Source: Actinomycetes bacterium (GTDB lineage: Bacteria; Actinomycetota; Coriobacteriia; Coriobacteriales; JAEZXW01). From it: a DNA stretch of 64,000 nucleotides. The notes below the pieces were generated by a model, which saw nothing but the letters and a program-made list of their open reading frames with translations, was not told the origin of the DNA and did no database searches. Where the stretch lies: positions 6,411 to 70,410 of the forward strand of contig JAEZXW010000028.1 of assembly GCA_023419515.1 (NCBI GenBank), written 5' to 3'. The position numbers were made by a program, and so were the translations under genes. Positions 61,818 through 64,000 of the stretch are shown piece after piece (the stretch's first letter is position 1; each line of letters opens with the position of its first letter).

Positions 61818-64000
61818 ATGAGATTTGAACGATTGGCGGTGACCGCGCAGGAGGCTTTGCAGCAGGCAGTTGCCATTGCTGAACAAGCAAAAAGCGCGAC
61901 AGTGCTCCCGCTTCATCTCCTCAAGGCACTGGTCAGTGCCCCAGAGCACAACATTAATGCAATCATCGAGCGCATCGGCACTCATCCTCAAACCCTTCAG
62001 GAGCTCGTTGATGCGCGTTTGGCACAGTTACCTGTTGTCTCGGGTGATCGCGAGCTTCAGGTGGATCGTGCGCTTATTCAGACCATCAAGGATGCTGAGG
62101 AAATTGCCCGCGAAATGGACGACAGCTTTGTCACCTCAGAGCATCTCTTGATGGCGCTTTCTGCCAGCAAGGATGATGCGGGCAGTGCTCTCAATGGCGC
62201 GGGTATCACCCAGGCTCGTGTCAAGCAAGCATACGAGGATCTGCGTGGGAGTTCTCGCGTCACTTCGCCTGACTCCAAACAGCAGTTTGAGGCATTAGCA
62301 ACTTACGGACGTAACCTCACCGATCTTGCTCGCCAAGGCAAGCTTGACCCGGTGATTGGTCGCAGTGATGAAATCCGTCGCACGATGCAGGTCTTGTCTC
62401 GTCGCACCAAAAACAACCCCGTTTTGATCGGCGAGCCTGGTACAGGAAAAACCGCTATCGTTGAAGGCCTTGCCCAGCGTATCGTCGAGGGCGATGCACC
62501 GCAATCGCTGCAAGAGCGTGACCTGATCGAGCTCGATATGTCGGCGCTCGTGGCAGGTGCTAAGTATCGCGGCGAGTTTGAGGATCGCTTAAAGGCGGTA
62601 CTCAAGGAGGTGCAAGAGGCTGAGGGTCGCGTGGTGCTCTTTATCGATGAGCTACACACGATCGTGGGCGCAGGTGCCAGCGAGGGCTCGATGGATGCGA
62701 GTAACATCCTGAAGCCCGCCCTTGCCCGTGGTGAGCTGCACATGATCGGCGCGACAACCCTTGATGAGTATCGTCAGTATGTCGAGAAGGACGCGGCGCT
62801 CGCCCGCCGTTTTCAGCCCGTGTATGTTAGCGAGCCTACGGTGGAAGATACCATCGCTATCCTGCGCGGTTTGAAGGAAAAGTACGAAATTCACCACGGC
62901 GTACGCATTACCGATGGTGCGCTTGTAAGTGCGTCAAACCTCGCTCATCGTTATATTACCGACCGTTTTATGCCTGATAAGGCGATTGACTTGATCGACG
63001 AGGCAGCAAGTCGTCTGCGCATGGAGCTCGACTCGATGCCGGTTGAAATCGATGCGCTGGATCGTCAGCTCATTCAACTTAAGATCGAAGAGCAGGCGCT
63101 CATGAAAGAGACAGATGACGCCTCACAAGAGCGCCTTGAGATCTTGCGTAAAGAGATGGCCGGCGTCCAAGAAAAGCTCGATAGCGTCAAAGCTGCTTGG
63201 CAAAATGAAAAGTCAGCGGTCGAGGAGGTTCAGCGCCTAAAGGCTGAGCTCGATAACGCAAGGACTGAGATGGACAGGTCAACGCGTGAAGGTAATCTCT
63301 CGCGCGCATCTGAGCTTCGTTACGGCACTATCCCCGAGCTGGAGTCACAGTACACGAATGCCGAACAGGCGCTCGCCCAAAAACAGGAGGGCGGCATCCT
63401 CAAGGAGGAGGTAACGAGCGAGGAGATTGCAGCTGTTGTCGCAAGTTGGACGGGTATTCCGGTCAGCAAGATGATGCAGAGTGACCTTGATAAGTTGCGC
63501 CATCTTGAGGATATGCTCCACGAGCGCGTGGTTGGTCAGGATGAGGGAGTTCATGCGGTCGCAAGCGCAATTCGCCGCTCGCGCGCGGGACTTTCGGATG
63601 CGCATCGACCTTTGGGTAGTTTCTTGTTCTTAGGTCCAACTGGTGTCGGTAAGACCGAGCTTGCTAAGACCCTTGCGAGCATCATGTTTGATGACGAGGC
63701 CTCACTCGTTCGCATCGACATGAGTGAGTACATGGAGAAGTTTTCGGTTCAGCGCTTGATCGGTGCCCCTCCAGGCTATGTGGGTTATGAAGAAGGTGGT
63801 CAGCTGACTGAGGCGGTTCGCCGCAGACCATACAGTGTGGTGCTGCTTGACGAGATGGAAAAGGCTCACCCCGATGTCTTTAACATCCTCTTGCAGGTGC
63901 TCGATGACGGCCGTCTCACGGATGGTCAAGGTCGCGTGGTGTCGTTTATGAATACCGTCATTATCATGACGTCAAACGTTGGCGCCCATGCCATCGCTGA
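61818..64000 (+). CDS. clpB: Disaggregase ClpB; 3' end is outside the window
   Basis: I translated this by hand from ATG 61818: [17 protein letters not shown].. The frame is open to the window edge. It contains [47 protein letters not shown] (Walker A, NBD1), a long coiled-coil M-domain and a second Walker [17 protein letters not shown]. It is missing from the supplied ORF track because it has no stop in the window. Confidence 0.9.
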   Translation, partial: MRFERLAVTAQEALQQAVAIAEQAKSATVLPLHLLKALVSAPEHNINAIIERIGTHPQTLQELVDARLAQLPVVSGDRELQVDRALIQTIKDAEEIAREMDDSFVTSEHLLMALSASKDDAGSALNGAGITQARVKQAYEDLRGSSRVTSPDSKQQFEALATYGRNLTDLARQGKLDPVIGRSDEIRRTMQVLSRRTKNNPVLIGEPGTGKTAIVEGLAQRIVEGDAPQSLQERDLIELDMSALVAGAKYRGEFEDRLKAVLKEVQEAEGRVVLFIDELHTIVGAGASEGSMDASNILKPALARGELHMIGATTLDEYRQYVEKDAALARRFQPVYVSEPTVEDTIAILRGLKEKYEIHHGVRITDGALVSASNLAHRYITDRFMPDKAIDLIDEAASRLRMELDSMPVEIDALDRQLIQLKIEEQALMKETDDASQERLEILRKEMAGVQEKLDSVKAAWQNEKSAVEEVQRLKAELDNARTEMDRSTREGNLSRASELRYGTIPELESQYTNAEQALAQKQEGGILKEEVTSEEIAAVVASWTGIPVSKMMQSDLDKLRHLEDMLHERVVGQDEGVHAVASAIRRSRAGLSDAHRPLGSFLFLGPTGVGKTELAKTLASIMFDDEASLVRIDMSEYMEKFSVQRLIGAPPGYVGYEEGGQLTEAVRRRPYSVVLLDEMEKAHPDVFNILLQVLDDGRLTDGQGRVVSFMNTVIIMTSNVGAHAIA

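Noticed and set aside
62303-62743. Minus-strand ORFs of 72-146 aa in 62078-63929 (for example 62303-62743).
   Set aside because: They lie antisense to an unambiguous clpB reading frame (Walker A motifs, [18 protein letters not shown]). They are artefacts of GC-rich codon usage.
1-64000. A search of the whole window for CRISPR arrays, IS elements or transposases, integrases, prophage genes, toxin-antitoxin pairs, and tRNA or rRNA genes.
   Set aside because: None was found by eye. There is no regularly spaced repeat array apart from the short degenerate array at 40805-40890, no transposase or integrase motif, and no intergenic region with tRNA-like cloverleaf potential. A tRNAscan or Infernal run would be the decisive check.

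Overview
The window is chromosomal sequence with about 55 protein-coding genes at high coding density. I could find no rRNA, tRNA, CRISPR array, transposase, integrase or other mobile element. The gene content points to an actinobacterium, probably Coriobacteriia-like. This is an inference from three things: the dnaK-grpE-dnaJ-hspR(-clpB) operon, an NRMT-type NRAMP homolog, and hyp maturation genes.

Layout, left to right:
- 1-5.1 kb: LEA-like and PRC-barrel stress proteins, a CE4 peptidoglycan/polysaccharide deacetylase, 5-formyl-THF cyclo-ligase and a prolyl aminopeptidase.
- 5.1-10.2 kb: an unusual Mg2+ module (a PRC/MgtE-like protein 1 nt from an NRAMP-related transporter), followed by an NhaC-type antiporter.
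- 10.4-13.1 kb: a PadR/DUF1700/DUF4097 module whose operator overlaps the promoter.
- 13.1-16.6 kb: two HAD phosphatases, an Rrf2 regulator and a MutY-like glycosylase without Fe-S cysteines.
- 16.6-32.8 kb: a Wzx/Wzy-type cell-surface glycopolymer locus. It holds galE, a PglC-like initiating transferase, a DegT aminotransferase, tarI/tarJ (CDP-ribitol), three GT2 genes, three LicD-family phosphotransferases, one flippase and two O-antigen-polymerase/ligase-like proteins.
- 32.8-45.5 kb: housekeeping and transport genes (lipid kinase, serS, MFS, QueT, Pgi). This stretch also has an orphan GT-A protein and a TSUP-LytS-LytTR operon preceded by a GAGAG-rich direct-repeat array.
- 45.7-51.9 kb: nikR-hypF-hypC-hypD-hypE. 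NikR carries a His/Cys-rich tail and is translationally coupled to hypF.
- 52.1-56.6 kb: trxA, a membrane-tethered PIN-TM-TPR protein and a 917-aa type-I ectoprotein.
- 57.2-64 kb: the heat-shock operon dnaK-grpE-dnaJ(class II)-hspR-clpB. clpB runs off the window and is absent from the supplied ORF track.

The most interesting candidates are the MgtE-like/NRMT pair, the ribitol-phosphate glycopolymer locus with three LicD genes and no lic choline genes, the NikR-His-tail/hyp coupling, and the ectoprotein plus PIN-TM-TPR operon. All functional calls rest on motif recognition by eye. No database search was run.
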